Part shown: positions 14,191 to 27,547 of the stretch, piece after piece
Numbering within the stretch: the first letter of the stretch is position 1
How the letters are laid out: each line of letters begins with the position of its first letter
Assembly (NCBI RefSeq): GCF_000143415.4
Contig: NW_003314376.1
Coordinates: 1 to 64,000, forward strand
DNA: 64,000 bases
From: Selaginella moellendorffii
Taxonomy: Eukaryota; Plantae; Lycopodiophyta
Reading direction: 5' to 3'
Program-made: the position numbers and the translations under genes
The notes under the pieces: generated by a model
Seen by the model: the letters and a program-made list of their open reading frames with translations, nothing else
Told to the model about the DNA's origin: nothing
Databases searched by the model: none

Positions 14191-14669
14191 CAAACAAGCC
14201 GCAGTGTAGACTTCGACCATACTTCCACAATTTTGCACTTGCTTGATTCCCGGCTTATGATGCTCTTGACTCTGGAGAAACTTATCTGGCCGCTATGCCC
14301 TGCTCTGCTTCTTCTCATCGAAGTTGAGATTTGAGCACCTGCAAGACAGAGAGCAAAAGTAGTACGTTACCTTTTCTCAAACCTTTCGTCTCAAGCAACT
14401 TCTCTGGCCTTTGAAGGTGCACTAACGTCTGCTCCCCCGTCACCTCTAGAGGATAGCTCAGTCAAATCGAAACTTGGTAGGTTCCTGCTCTATTTTCCAG
14501 TCCATGTTCCGAGCCAGCTGCGCAATAACTTCCAAGTCTGATGACTTCCACCAGTGGACCCTTGTATGTGATCTTCACCGTCCGTGAGCAAGACCCTGCT
14601 TGCAACTTCATCTCCTTGAAGATTGTTTGTACACAATCTTCCATGTGACAAGGCATGCACTGTGCTGAC

Positions 14670-15437
14670 TTACGCGTCACTGCCAGTGTTGGCAGGACAC
14701 TTTGAGGAGAATCCCAGAGTGTCATTGCTGTGTGAACCACGAGTGTGAGTTTCCAGCTGTTTCTTCTCAGTCAGAGAATCGTCCACCACAACTTCGATCT
14801 GCCACCCGGGATCCTGAAAGATCGCATTACTGCGTTGCTTCCTCCGAGAGAACATCCATCGCACGAGCAAAAAGCATGCGAGCAGCACCAAGATCGCAAC
14901 CAAAACCCACAGAAGAAGCTGGAGCAGCGACCACGGCGTCCTCCGAACCACTGTAACTACTGCTGCGGGTGTTGGTGTGGCCACTGCTGCGTCGTGACCC
15001 TCGCGACGATGGTGGTGGTGGTGGTGGTGGTGGTGGTTGTGGCGTCCTCCATGGTGGTGACCATGGTGGTGACCATGGGGATGGTGGTGAACAACCAGAG
15101 GGGCTCCATCACCGTGATGATGATGGTACACTGCTGCTGCTGGAGCTGGATCGTGGTGGCGAGAATCAGGCGCTGGAGCTAGATGAGCAGGGTGGCCGCG
15201 AGCAGGGTGAACGAAAGCAGCTGGCGCTGGGGCTCGAACTGGAGCGTCACCTTGAAGAACTGGAGCTAAACCTGGCACTGGCTCGTGGGCTCCTCGAGGA
15301 TGGTGTCCATGGTGGTGTGGTGGATGTGCTGGAGCTAGAGCTGGAGCTCGCGGGTGTGAAGCTCGGTGATGGCCGCCATGCCAGGGCGCTGGAGCTCGGC
15401 GGGCAAGCGTTGGGGCGGCGTGAGCGCGAGAGACCAT
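14670..15437 (-). CDS. His/Pro/Ala-rich protein with one transmembrane helix and a short C-terminal tail (copy 1)
   Basis: 255-aa ATG ORF with APAP repeats, poly-His tracts and hydrophobic 'WSLLQLLLWVLVAILVLLACFLLVRWMF' followed by the basic stop-transfer SRRKQR. The frame is intact in three copies. Confidence 0.65.
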   Translation of the reverse strand: MVSRAHAAPTLARRAPAPWHGGHHRASHPRAPALAPAHPPHHHGHHPRGAHEPVPGLAPVLQGDAPVRAPAPAAFVHPARGHPAHLAPAPDSRHHDPAPAAAVYHHHHGDGAPLVVHHHPHGHHHGHHHGGRHNHHHHHHHHHRREGHDAAVATPTPAAVVTVVRRTPWSLLQLLLWVLVAILVLLACFLLVRWMFSRRKQRSNAIFQDPGWQIEVVVDDSLTEKKQLETHTRGSHSNDTLGFSSKCPANTGSDA

Positions 15438-15891
15438 AGCTTACCTGACGAGAGCTTCGACAATAGAAAAATCCAAGCGAGAAAGATTATAACCTAACCC
15501 TTGACTTAGAAAATAGAAAATAAAGAGGTACTTTTGGCTTTGTGAAAAAAACAAGTGCTGTGGATTGTCGGACTTGAACTGAGCATGCCAAAGAGCCCAA
15601 ACCTAGATGTGAACAGCGATTTAATCTCACAATCACGAAATGCTCAATATTTCAACATCTTTAATTTGATGGCAACTCCTTTCCAGGCTCAATCCTAATG
15701 TACTTGCAGTGAACGAAACTTTTTTACTCGTTTGCAAAAATGTGGGAAAAAGAAACACAAGATAAATATCTATGCATTGCTCTGTTGACAGTCTCACGGT
15801 GCGACATCCATCCATAGCTCCCCCAGAGGTCAACACCAGTAAAATCAGTCAAAACGCCTGGAACGATCCAATAATCAAACATATTTTGATG

Positions 15892-15922
15892 GTGAGCACT
15901 CTACCATCTGAGCTATCTCCCC
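15892..15922 (-). pseudogene. tRNA-Ala 5'-half remnant
   Basis: Reverse complement GGGGAGATAGCTCAGATGGTAGAGTGCTCAC matches the 5' half of plant cytosolic tRNA-Ala(AGC). Confidence 0.7.
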
Positions 15923-16174
15923 TTAGCAAAGAAACAAAAATGCTAAACTTTTCTCTTCACCATTCTAATACTCATCCTTGGAGATTCTGGCAGCTTTTGT
16001 TGCATTTCAAGAGCCTTTTGAGAGATGAGCTTTGGAAAGCCCACCATTTCCAGCAAGTTTCTATAGCCAAGAAGCTGCATCTGCAGGCAACCATGAAGAA
16101 TGTTACTAATGCTTATAATAATAATACATATTATAGTAATAGTATTCACAAGAGGAGGAGGAAAAGGGATACAG

Positions 16175-18133
16175 TAAACATTTATCTATAATTATCTCAA
16201 ATTCAAATAAAATACCAATATCTAATTCTTTCTCAATATTATAAAGCCCTTATATTAAGATATTGTGGTGTATCAAAATTTTAAGATTTGGATCCATTCC
16301 AAAAAGAGTCAAATACATAAAATATATATGCTTGTAAGGGATTAAAGAGTATGACATATGTATGGGAATTAGTTTATTGTGATGTTGTAAATCTTTCTAT
16401 TTATAGTATCAATTCCTTAATTGAGAATTATATACTTGTAATGATAGCATTGATGTTTAATGTTGAGACTTTTAACTTTCACCTTTAATTGTAATACCCT
16501 TGAGTATGTTGCCTTTGGCTTATTTTGACCATGCATTTATAATCTTCACATATTCATTATTTAAGCTTTTAGAATTTCTTGAGAAAAGTGCTAATGTTGA
16601 GCTTGTTAATACGGTTGTAAAGTGTTCTTTTCAAGTTTAAAGCCTGTTTCAACTAAAGTCTGAAGCTCCAAATTCATTAATTTCACCCAAATAACAAAAT
16701 ACATGGTATATCTTTTGGTTTTTGGATAATTAATACTACAAAAAGCAACATTTGTAGGACATAAGCATATGAGCTGATCACATTGTCATGGAGTATTTCC
16801 ATATTGTTTTATCATCTACAAAAATAATCAGCTAGAGTTTGTAAAGTTTATATAATAATTTACTTAATATTCCTCCAATCCAAAGAAAATATTTGATTGT
16901 AGAACTTGTTGTAGGTCAATATATATCTCACTAAATCTTATGAACCTTTTATTCTTAGACTTAAAATCACCTATACTTAAAAGCATTGGTCCTCCTTGTT
17001 CTATAGTTATATACTCATGCTGAGCTCACTTACTCATCGTTGTTTTTTTACAGTTTCAAAGTTTTCAGTTGATTTTATTGCAAATTAAATTCCAAGATCA
17101 TTTAAAGTTGAACCCATCACTGTATGAGGTTGTGACTAAGAGGTTGTATCAATATCAATAAGCATTCCACCAGATTTTTAAAATTGCATACATTTTCTTA
17201 CAGCTTGATCTTTCATATAAGAGTGTATGAGCGTCTATTGGATGACCAAGTCATTCTAGCAAGTTTCATATTAAAATACACATTTAGAGCAACTTGTTTT
17301 CGATAGCCATATTATATGGTAGCTTTTAGTAAGATTTGTTGTTAACACTTGGGTAGCAAGTATTTTAAAACTCTTAACAAGTACATGATTTTAACAAGTA
17401 CATGATGTGATAGCTGATGTGTATGCTCATATGTATGCCACATCACATGATAACTTTCAGTAAGATTTGTTACTAATACTTGGGTAGCATGTATTTCAAA
17501 ACTAATTTACTAAAGAAAGAGAATTAATAAAGAGATCAATAGGAGTATTTCCTTATTTGAGAAATAATTAAAGTCCTTAAATGTGAAAAACAAGTAAACA
17601 ACCATGTTAACTAAGTTTATAGTTTTAAAATTTTATTTTGTCAACCCAATTTAAGTTGAGTACTATGATGAGCACAACTGGTTATACTAAAGTTTAAAAA
17701 GTACAAACACTTTAGGAGATGCAAACAAGTAATATAAATTTATATGTTTATAGTACATTTCTTTGTATGTTCATATAAACTCTACACCCAATGGAGAAGG
17801 CAACTCCTCTCTCCTATGATTAAAACTTTATTTATACCACCATTATAAATAATTTTAATACCTCCTTAATTTGTTTGTTCTTTGTTACTAATAAAACAAT
17901 AAAACATTAATGGTATTGAAGATCTTATTCCAACTTGGCATGTGTTGATTAGTAGTGTCCAAAAAATTTTAAAATAACATTTCTCTCAAATAACTATCAC
18001 TATCAAGGATTATGCTCTATATAAAAGGATTTTCTAATAAAGAGAGTTAGTAAATAAGGGAGTTGACAAAAATATTCTGATACACTAAAGAATATTTTAT
18101 TAAGGTTTTAACTGCAATATTTTTATTAAACAG
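16175..18133 (-). repeat. AT-rich left arm of a large inverted repeat (continues 23090-23137 after the gypsy insertion)
   Basis: Reverse complement of ~24557-26420, diverged (roughly 80% by eye). Confidence 0.8.
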
Positions 18134-21100
18134 TATGGGGGCCAAATATACAGCTATGATGCCATATACTAATATTAGCGTAATGGGATTTTGGTAGCTG
18201 TTATATTGGTTTCAATCTAGACCACTCGCTCCTATATATAAGCTAGGGTTTTTGGGCTAATTGATATGCACATTTTCTGTATTCTCTTTCCATATTCTAT
18301 GCATTTATATTGGTGGAGGTAATGAGCACCTTTGATTGTCTTTGAGGAATGTTTAGATTTAGGATTTTGGTTTAGATCTAACTTTTGCGTTGTCTAGGTT
18401 CTTTCCTTTCAGAATTTTGGTTTAAATCTAGCTTTTTTGCATTGTCTAAATCTCCATTTCCTTCTAGCTTTTTGTCATTCTTTTTCTTTCACTCTTTCCT
18501 TTTCATTCATCATGGTAGATCAACAATCTCTTTCTTTGACTTTAGAGTAACAGTTGGTACAATTGCTTGATGCTATGTGCTTGCAATTGAACAACCAAAC
18601 TCAGTTGATGGTGGTGTTCATGACACGTGGTACAATGCCTCCTACTCTTGGTGCCAATCCTCACGTTCAGCTAAAGTTTTTTCATGGGAATCCTAGGGAT
18701 GATGTGTACCATTGGTTCGATCATTTCACGATAATTGCCACATATCATTCATAAGATGATGCTTGATGTTTGCGTGAGTTTCCCACGTGTCTCCAAGGGA
18801 TAATGTTGTAGTGGTACAATGGTTTGAGCGTAGCCACTCATGGGGATTGGGGTGTTCTCCCAAACGTCTTCAAACGCACATTTAGACATGCCGATAATTG
18901 TGATGATGCCTTCCAACAATTGCATCGTCTTTGCCAAGGGCCATCTGAGTCGGTGATGCAATTTGGTGTTCGTTTCTGAAGTTTTTTGCTTCATGCGGAG
19001 CCAAATATGTCGGAGCGGATCAAGCTAGGAATATTGTGGCCAGCACTTCATCAAGATCTTGTTGAACTTGTGCATGCATTTGCTCTAGCCACCCTTGATG
19101 ATGCTCTTCATTTGGCATAATGTTATACAATATTGCCTCTTCCACTTCTCGTTGTCTATTCTTCTGCTCCCCTTCCTATGTGTGATGGTTTTGTTCCAAT
19201 GGAGGTTGATGCTACTGCTACTCGAGTCCAAGGACAAGGGCAAGGACGTGGTTGTAGCTGTGACATTTGCTATTGGGCATGTGATGAAGTTGGACACACT
19301 TATCGGTGTTGTCGGCATTTTCCGGATTGGCAACCTCCATTTCTTGGGTGGAGACTTTGGCATCAATAACATCCTGTTGGTGCTACTGTAATGGAAGGTC
19401 TAGACACTGAGATGCATCCAGGAAATAAGGAGTTGCGCGAGTAATGGAGGGACCTTGCGCGAATAAGTTAGTAACCCCTCCATCTTTCTTTCGAGAGTAT
19501 CATCAAGGGGTTCACTCGGCACCGATTCATCCAGTGTTTACTTTCCAAGCTCGTTTTTATAACAAGAGGTCTTCTATTATTCTCTCCGTGTTAGTTGATA
19601 CAGGTTTGAGTTTATCTTCTATTGCTCGACTTGTTGCCACACATTGCTGTCTACACTTGCATTGTGTGGCGGAACCAGTTTTTATTCTTTATGGCAACGG
19701 CCATACACATGTATGTGCATAGGATGAGGTGGACCTGGTTGTGCGTATGGATGATCTTGAGTTTAAGTTGCAGTCATTGCGGGTGGTGCCAAGTCAAGCT
19801 CTTGAGCTCATCCTTGGTATGGATTAGTTACAGCGCAATCATGCCAAGTGTGACTTTGAGGCTTTTCCCCTTTGTCTCGTACTTCCTTATGTTTCATCCA
19901 TTCCTTTTACTTCTATACCTCTTCATCCTTCTACTTCTACCTTTGCTTCCATTACTTTTGTCCCCCCACTATTTCCTCCTATGTTTCCATCTTGTTTTGC
20001 TCTTCCCTTTTTCGATCCCTTTGACAATCTTTGTATTGTATCAGTTGACTGGCTCATGAAGGAGTATTTTGATCTCTTTGACTTTGACCTATCGTCTGGG
20101 GCCAAGATTGCCACACATCATTCGATTCCAACCGGGGATGCTCGTCCAATCAAGGTTCCTGTTTATCATCAGTCACCCAAAGAGATCAAGATTTTACGTG
20201 CAAATGTTAAGGAGATGTTAAAGAAGGGTGTTATTCAGAAGTCGCAGAGTCTTTGGGCATATGAACCTCATTTTGTGACGAAGCTTGATGGGAGTATTCG
20301 TTTCTGCATCAACTATCATCCGTTAAACAATGTAACGATCCTAGATGTGTACCCTTTTCCTCACACTACTGATCTCTTGGATCGTCTGGCGTGAAGTTGT
20401 TGGTTCACCAAGCTAGATTTTGCTTCTGGATACTGGCAAGTATTGATGGCTGAAAAAGATATTCCTAAGACTATTTTTTGTACGCCATTTGGTTTGTACA
20501 AGTTCTTGGTGATGCCATTTGGTTTAAACAATGCTCCAGCAATTTTCCAGTGGATGATGGATGAGGTTCTTTGCGATATGCCAAAGGTGATTGCTGACTT
20601 CAATGATGATGTCTTGTTCCACTCGGAGGGGATGTGGGAGGAACACGTTCGTGATGTTTGTAAAGTGTTGGATCGGCTATGCGATGTTGGTTTAAAGCTG
20701 AAGCGGACAAAGTGCATGTTTGGGTCCAAGGATACAACTTATCTTGGGTACTATATTTCTCGTGAGGGTTTGCAAGTTGATTCTGACAAACTTGTGGCTG
20801 TTCTAAAGTTCCCTACTCTGAAGTGTGTGAATGATGTGTAGCGCTTCTTGGGCAAGGTGCAGTATCTCAGTTGTTTTGTGGATCATCTTTCTGATTGCAC
20901 TGCACCGTTGCAAGCATTGCTGAAGTCGTCAACATCATCTTTCATCTGGTCTTCAGATTGTGAGCGGGCGTTCGAGGATCTCAAAGAGCTATTGATGACT
21001 CCTCCGGTTTTGGCATATCCTGACTACACTTGACCTTTTATTTTGCACGTGGATGCTTTTGACATTGGTCTTGGAGGTATGTTGATGCAAGAGAGCTTGA

Positions 21101-23089
21101 GTGTGCTTGGTTAGTGCCATCCCATTGCGTATATAAGCCGTACATTACAACCAATGGAGATGAACTACTCCACTATAGAGAAGGAGTGTTTAGTAATAGT
21201 TTGTGGTTTCGAGAAACTTCATGCATATCTACATAGTTCTCAGACATTACTTGAAGGTGACTATACTGCCATTACTTCATTATTGAAACGGAAGAACCTA
21301 GTTGGTCGTACTGCTTGGTGGGCTTTGAAGCTTCAGATATATGATTTTGATGTTGTTCATCACCTAAGGAGTTTTATGGTTGATGTTGATGCCCTTTCTC
21401 GAGCTCCTCTTCCTTCTCCACTCTCTTCTTATGTTTCTAATAAGCTTGTTGTAGCATCTGTGGATTTTCTAGACGAGGATTATGTGCCGTCTGCAGTTGT
21501 TGTACTTGACGTTCAGTGTCCACAAAGCACAGAGCAAGATCTACCTTCTCTTGATGAGGTTTGCAAGGCTCAAAAGCTTGAGCTGTGGATTCGAAGGCTT
21601 CGAGATGGGTTTGAAAATCCTGCATCACTTGCTGATAACTTGCCTTTCCGGCATTTACATTCTCAATATCGCTTTAAAGATGGACTTCTTTATTTTGTGG
21701 GGACGGATTCTAATGATCATTTACGACTGGTGGTGCCTTCTGTCTTTATTCTGCGGTTTCTCCATGCCTACCATGATTCTTTTGTTCTAGGTGGGCATAT
21801 GGGACATCGTCGTGCAATCGAGAAGCTGCATAGGTTTTTCTATTGGCCAGAGATGCAACGTGATATTATCCGATATGTGTGTAGTTGCGTTTAGTGCCAA
21901 GCCTATAATACTTCCCCTCGTGCCGCAAAAGGACAGTTGGAGTCAATTGCAGTTTCCCATTTGTTTAAGTTGGTGGCGTTTGATCTTATGGGACTTTTTC
22001 CATGGTCAACTGTTGGTAATGAGTATGTTGTTATTGCTTCTGACTACTTGATTCATTAGGTGAAAGTTGGTGCTCTTGCTAGTGCCTCTGCAACTGTTGT
22101 TGGATACTTCCTCCTCAATCAAGTGGTGTTCCAGCATTCTTATCCACAGTAGATTCTTTCGGATAATGGTCTCGCATTTATGGCTAAGACATTTCATGTT
22201 TTGACGTCTTGGTTGGGGATACGCTACACTTTCACAAGTGCTTATCATCCACAATCAAACGGTCTGGTGGAATGGCTTATTTAGACATTCAATGGGATGA
22301 TTGCGAAGTATATGAACTTTTAACATTCAGATTGGGATAGTTTTTTGTCATTTCTTCGGTATGCATATGTCACAGGGGTGCAGAGTTTTGTTGGTGCTTC
22401 ACTATATAAACTCCTATATGGTCATGATCCAATATTACCAACGGAGCTAGGTTTACCTTCGCGATTGCCACAAGTTGCCGATGCTAGGTTGTGGGATTAA
22501 TATTTAATGAGCATTCTTCCACTTGTCCAAGTAGAGTCTACTAAACACTTAGGCTGCATACAAATGGAACAACAACAGCGCTATAACTCCCATCATCATC
22601 CACCTGCAGAGTACAAAGTGGATGATTTGGTATTAATCCATTTTCCCCATCTTAAGGTACATGGTTTATCTAAGGGGCTCCTTGTGCAGTGGAAAGGACT
22701 GTATCAAGTGTTGCGGCAAGTTGGACCACAAGTTTATGAAGTTCAGCATAACATCCAGCAGGTCGATCCTCTAGAAATTGTGCGTGTGCAGCGATTGAAA
22801 CGCTTCATTCAAAGGGATCAGGAGTAGTTAATACCACTTACAAATCCACCGATGCCTCCTCTTGACGTTCCTCTAGATCCTAGCCCGTCTACAAGAGAAC
22901 CCTGATGGTCTTCTATTATTCCGAGAGGAGGGGATGATGTGAGGGCCAAGTGTACGGTTATGATACCGTATATTAATATTAATATAGTGGGATTTTGGTT
23001 GCCGTCGGATTGGTTTCAATCCAGACCACTCGCTTTTGTATATAAGCTAGGGTTTTTGGGCTAATTGATATGCACATTTTTTACTCACA
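18134..23089 (+). mobile_element. Full-length but decayed Ty3/gypsy LTR retrotransposon with short LTRs and a tRNA-Ala-type PBS
   Basis: LTRs ~18134-18309 and 22938-23089. PBS TGGTGGAGG at 18311, PPT at 22921-22937. Target ACAG/ACAAG, with the empty site aaacaggtattt in the other inverted arm. Domain order: gag with CCHC-like knuckle, protease 'LVDTG', RT ('DGSIRFCINY', 'VMPFGLNNAPA', 'FNDD'), RNaseH ('NYSTIEKECL'), integrase (HHCC, 'YHPQSNGLVE'), GPY/F-like 'WKGLYQV'. Confidence 0.92.
18640..22827 (+). pseudogene. gag-pol pseudogene of the Ty3/gypsy element
   Basis: Fragmented ORFs 19444-19722, 19981-20394, 20443-20841, 20848-21033, 21154-21894 and 22507-22827, separated by in-frame stops. 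Confidence 0.9.
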
Positions 23090-23869
23090 ACAAGTATTTA
23101 TTAAAATTAGTAATTTAAGTATCTAGTCTTTGTGGCTAGTTGTGATCATAAAACAATAATGCACTTACCATACCTAACTTCTTAAATCTAAATTTCCTCT
23201 ACTTGAATTTACAAACTCCACCCACAAGTATTGCATAAGCTAGATCAAAGCAGTGTAAAGTTGTATTCATCCTGAACATGAATAGGTAGAGAATTTCTTC
23301 TAGATCCATCTTTAGCCCAGCTACTATTGATTGCTCCACAGCCCCCTCTAGGGATCACAGCTATGAAACTGGAAACCATTACATTGCAATGAGAGCTGCA
23401 TTCAAGAAGCAACAAAATGAGAATGTACCTTTGCCATTAGTACCATAACAACATATTGCCATAACCTAAATGGCACACAACCCAATGCACTTTTTCTACC
23501 TTAACCAGTCATTGTGTCCACCTCTATAAGGCATGACTTGCCAAGCCAGCCCTTCTATGTTCATTGGCTATCCAACAGAATTTTTCAAAGTTAGGAAAAA
23601 CTTGTTGTCAATAGGATCTTTTATTGAGTCATAAGTAAGAGTGTATCATTGTATATGTGCAAATGGAGTGCCAGCTTTGCTGTGGTGTGCACTTGAAACT
23701 TGCAACTGCAAATCAAGGGTGTTAAATAGATAGCTTTGTGGAATCATGGTTAGATTTGGAAGTGTGCCATACTGAAGAATTTCAACATAGACTATATTCA
23801 TAGTGTAAAAATATTAATTAACACTATAAGATTAAATTGAAAAGGGGTTGCAAGCACTTGAACACGAAG

Positions 23870-24245
23870 TTGCTCAAGTGATGTGCACCTTAAGAGAGAA
23901 ATATAAAGTTGGCCATGTGTAAAAATAGATTGCAGAAGGCAACCAACACAATCAAAAGTTTAGCCCTAGTCTTTATAAATAGTTAAACAATAGCCCAAGT
24001 AAATTTGTCTTTGGGACATCTTAAAAGGGATTTCACCATTGGAAGGTGTAAGAGTAATATCTGGAATAAAAACTTGTGGTCCTTTGAATTGTCCTATGAT
24101 AATTTCACAATCTAAAAAGTTTTAAGATGTTTCCTTGAGAGTGCCATTGCATAAACTAGTTTATGGAAATATGTTTCTAAGAAGAATCAAAATCACATTT
24201 TGTTTCAGAATTAAATTGTGCAATGGTAGTCCTGATGAATTTAGA
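23870..24245 (-). pseudogene. Canonical Helitron PIF1-helicase C-terminal remnant
   Basis: Minus-strand translation gives 'NSSGLPLHNLILKQNVILILLRNI', 'CNGTL' and 'LGYCLTIYKD*G*TFDCVGCLLQSIFTHGQLY'. These match the Helitron RepHel motifs SGLPPHxLxLK...LLRN / TINKSQGQT / FSHGQLY. Confidence 0.8.
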
Positions 24246-24556
24246 ACCTCTTCAAAGTGATTTGATTCAAGCATGTCATTTCTAAAACTACTTCTTCATT
24301 CTGTCAGGCATGTACCATGAAAATGTGAAGTTAGTGAAGATGTCATTGTTGTCCACTCAAAATTCATACTTAGACTCTCACTAGCCATGTATTCATGAAT
24401 AAATTTGTTGAAGAAACTCATAAAAAAACTGACATTATTGTAATAATACAAAAAAATAGCTTAAAAAATTAACATAATTACTATTATTAAATATTAAGAT
24501 AGTAATTTATTCTTTAAATTAGGTGATAACACAAAACCTCTATCAAAAAGCAACTA

Positions 24557-26470
24557 TTGCCACAAATATTAGATACTTAAATTACTAATATTTTTAAATA
24601 CCTGTTTAATAAAATTATTGCAGTTAAAACATAAATAGAACATTCTTCAGTGTATCAGAATATTCTTATCAATTCCCTTATCATAATCCTTGACAGTGAT
24701 AGTTATTTAAGAGAAATGCCATTTTAAGTTATTTTTAGACACTACAAAGCAACACGTACTAAGCTACATTAACATCCAATGCTTTACAGTTTTATGAGTA
24801 ACAAAAAACTAAATAAATTAAAGAGGTATTGGAATTGTCTATAATAGTGGTATAGATAAGGTTTTAGTTAATTAAGAGAGGAGTTACTATTTCTATTGGG
24901 AGTAGAGTCTACATAAACACACAGAAAAATGCATTGAATACCATAATGAGCACAAGTGGTTATACTAGAGTTGAAAAGGTATAAGCACTTTAAAAGATGC
25001 AAAGAAAGGAATACAAGTTTATATATTTGTAGTGGGTTGAAGGTAATGTTTACACAAAATATAAGTTTAGAATTACAGACTTAATTAGCATGGTGGTTTA
25101 GTCATTTTCCACATTTAAGGACTTTAATTATTCTCAAATAAAAAAATTCTTGCATTGATTTCCTTATTGATTCTCTTTCTTTAGTAAATGAGTTTTAAAA
25201 TACTTGCTACCCCAAGTGTTAATAACAAATCCTACTAAAAGTTACCATATAATATGGCTATCAAAAAAAGGTTGCTCTAAATGTGTATTTTAATATAAAA
25301 CTTGCTAGAATGATTTGGTTATCTCTATCCTACAATACTCTTATATCAAAGGATAAGTTATAAGACAATGCACATAATTTTAAGGATTTGGTAAAATGTT
25401 TATCTACTAAAACATTGACACAACCTTTTGGTCACAATCTCACAAAGTGATGGAATCCACTTTAGATGATCTTGGAATTTAATCTACAATAAAACCATTT
25501 TGAAACTGTTAGAAGAAAACAATAAGTGAGCCCATGCAATTGAGAAATTTGCACTGTCCCAAGCATGAGTACGTAGCTATAGAATGCACAGGACCAATGC
25601 TTTTGAGCAACAAAAGGCTTTTAAGTCAAAAAATGAAAGATTCATAAAATTGTATGAGCTATATGTCAACCTAGAGCAAGTTCTATAGTCAAATGTTTTG
25701 CTTAGATTGGAGAAATATTATGTGGTAAGCAAAATATTATATGAACTTTACACACTCTAGTTGATTATTTTGTGGATGACAACAATATGGCAATCCTCCA
25801 AAATAGTGTGATCAGTTTATATGGTTATGTCCTACAAAAGTTCTGCTGCATAGTGTTAGTTATCCAAAACCAAAAGATATACCATGTATTTGGTTAGTTG
25901 TGTAAAATTGATGTATTTGGAGTTTTAAACTTTAGTTGAGACAAGCTTTAAATTTGAAAAGAACACTTTACAGCATACAACAAGATAAATATTAGCAGTT
26001 TCTCAAGAAATTCTAAAAATGAGAAAAAATAAATATGTGAAAATTACAAATGCATAATCAAAGGGAGAAAAGGCAACATATTCAAAGGCATTATAGTTAA
26101 AGGTGAAAGTTAATAGTCTTAACATTAAACAACAATAATTCTCAACTATGAAATTGATACTATAAATAAAAAGATTTCCAACATCATAATAAACTAATTC
26201 CCATACACATACTTCTTACAACATCATACTTTTGGTGAGTCTTTAATCCCTTATAAACATGTGTATTTTATATATTTTATGGTTTTCGGGATGGATCCAA
26301 ATCTTAAAATTTGGATTCACTGCAATATCTTAATATGAGGGGTTTATGACATTGGAAAAGAACTAGATATTGGTATTGTATTTGAATTTGATATATATTT
26401 ATAAATAAAATTTTACATATAAATTACTCATAAAATAACAAAGGACATTTTTTAATGTTACACTCAAATG
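24557..26470 (+). repeat. AT-rich right arm of the large inverted repeat
   Basis: Inverted homology to 16175-18133 and 23090-23137. Part of it recurs directly at 56740-57174. Confidence 0.8.
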
Positions 26471-27490
26471 GATTTTATAGTAATAAATGTATATTCAGTA
26501 ATACTAAATATAGTGAATATATTCTGTAAATTAGGTCAGAAGGTAAAACCTCTATTAAATAGGAAATATTGCCACTCAGATCTAAATACTATTTAAATTT
26601 TAAATTTTCAAAAATACCTGTTTAATAAAAATATTGCCACGAAAACATTAAGAAATTATTCTTTCATGTACCAGAATATTTGAAAATATTTTTAATGACT
26701 CCTTTTGCTCTCTCTATTATCAGATCTGTATAGGACTACATTAAGTTGTACATTCTTGAGGTCAGTAGGAAGGCATTGATTTGCTTGTTACAACTTACAA
26801 GTTCCAAAGGCATTAGTTTGGTTTTGGCACAAGATCCAGGCAGGACAACATGCTTGGAATACAAGGAATGGAGAGAGGCCACCTTGAAACAAAATCCATC
26901 ACCTAGTAAGCTTTTAATAATTGGTTTCTTTGGATTGATCAAGCATGCCCAATATCTCTATTTGTTTGTTCAGAAAAGCAAATGCACTTAAATTTTGAAA
27001 GAATGTGAAGGTGACGTTTCCAATTTTGAAATTTTGTAAGAAAAACAAGTTACTCATTTTAAAAGACTTTTAGCTATACAAATATGTAGCTAAATATGTT
27101 TACTAGCAAACCAAAATACCAATTAATATTAGTGTTTAGACAATTTGATTGGTACAGAAGACCATACCAGTTGATTTATATTGTGTTGGTTTTACCAATT
27201 GCTTTACTCATCCTCTTGCATAACACTGCAAAGCAAAACACTATCCCTTTTCCTCCTCCTCTTGTGATTACTATTACTATAATATGTATTATTATTATAA
27301 GCATTAGTAACATTCTTCATGGTTGCCTGCAGATGCAGCTTCTTGGCTATAGAAACTTGCTGGAGATGGTGGGCTTTCCAAAGCTCATCTCTCAAAAGGC
27401 TCTTGAAATGCAACAAAAGCTGCCAGAATCTCCAAGGATGAGTATTAGAATGGTGAAGAGAAAAGTTTAGCATTTTTGTTTCTTTGCTAA

Positions 27491-27547
27491 GGGGAGATAG
27501 CTCAGATGGTAGAGCGCTCACTTAGGGATCAATAACCAGCATCTCCA
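27491..27547 (+). pseudogene. tRNA-Ala(AGC) pseudogene with ~16-nt internal deletion
   Basis: GGGGAGATAGCTCAGATGGTAGAGCGCTCACTTAG-GGATCAATAACCAGCATCTCCA. Acceptor ends, D-arm and a decayed T-arm are present; the 3' anticodon arm and variable loop are missing. Confidence 0.8.

Larger units (their letters stand above)
11940..16172 (-). repeat. Composite module copy 1 (tRNA-Ala remnant + His/Pro-rich ORF + PPR fragment + AT-rich tail)
   Basis: Reverse-complement match to 27240-29600 and to 59945-63660. Boundaries approximate. Confidence 0.85.

Noticed and set aside
14969-15439. Antisense Gly/Leu-Glu-rich ORF overlapping the His-rich ORF (also 27994-28446 and 60699-61169)
   Set aside because: Shadow frame of a GC-rich repetitive ORF, with a non-ATG start and no independent features.
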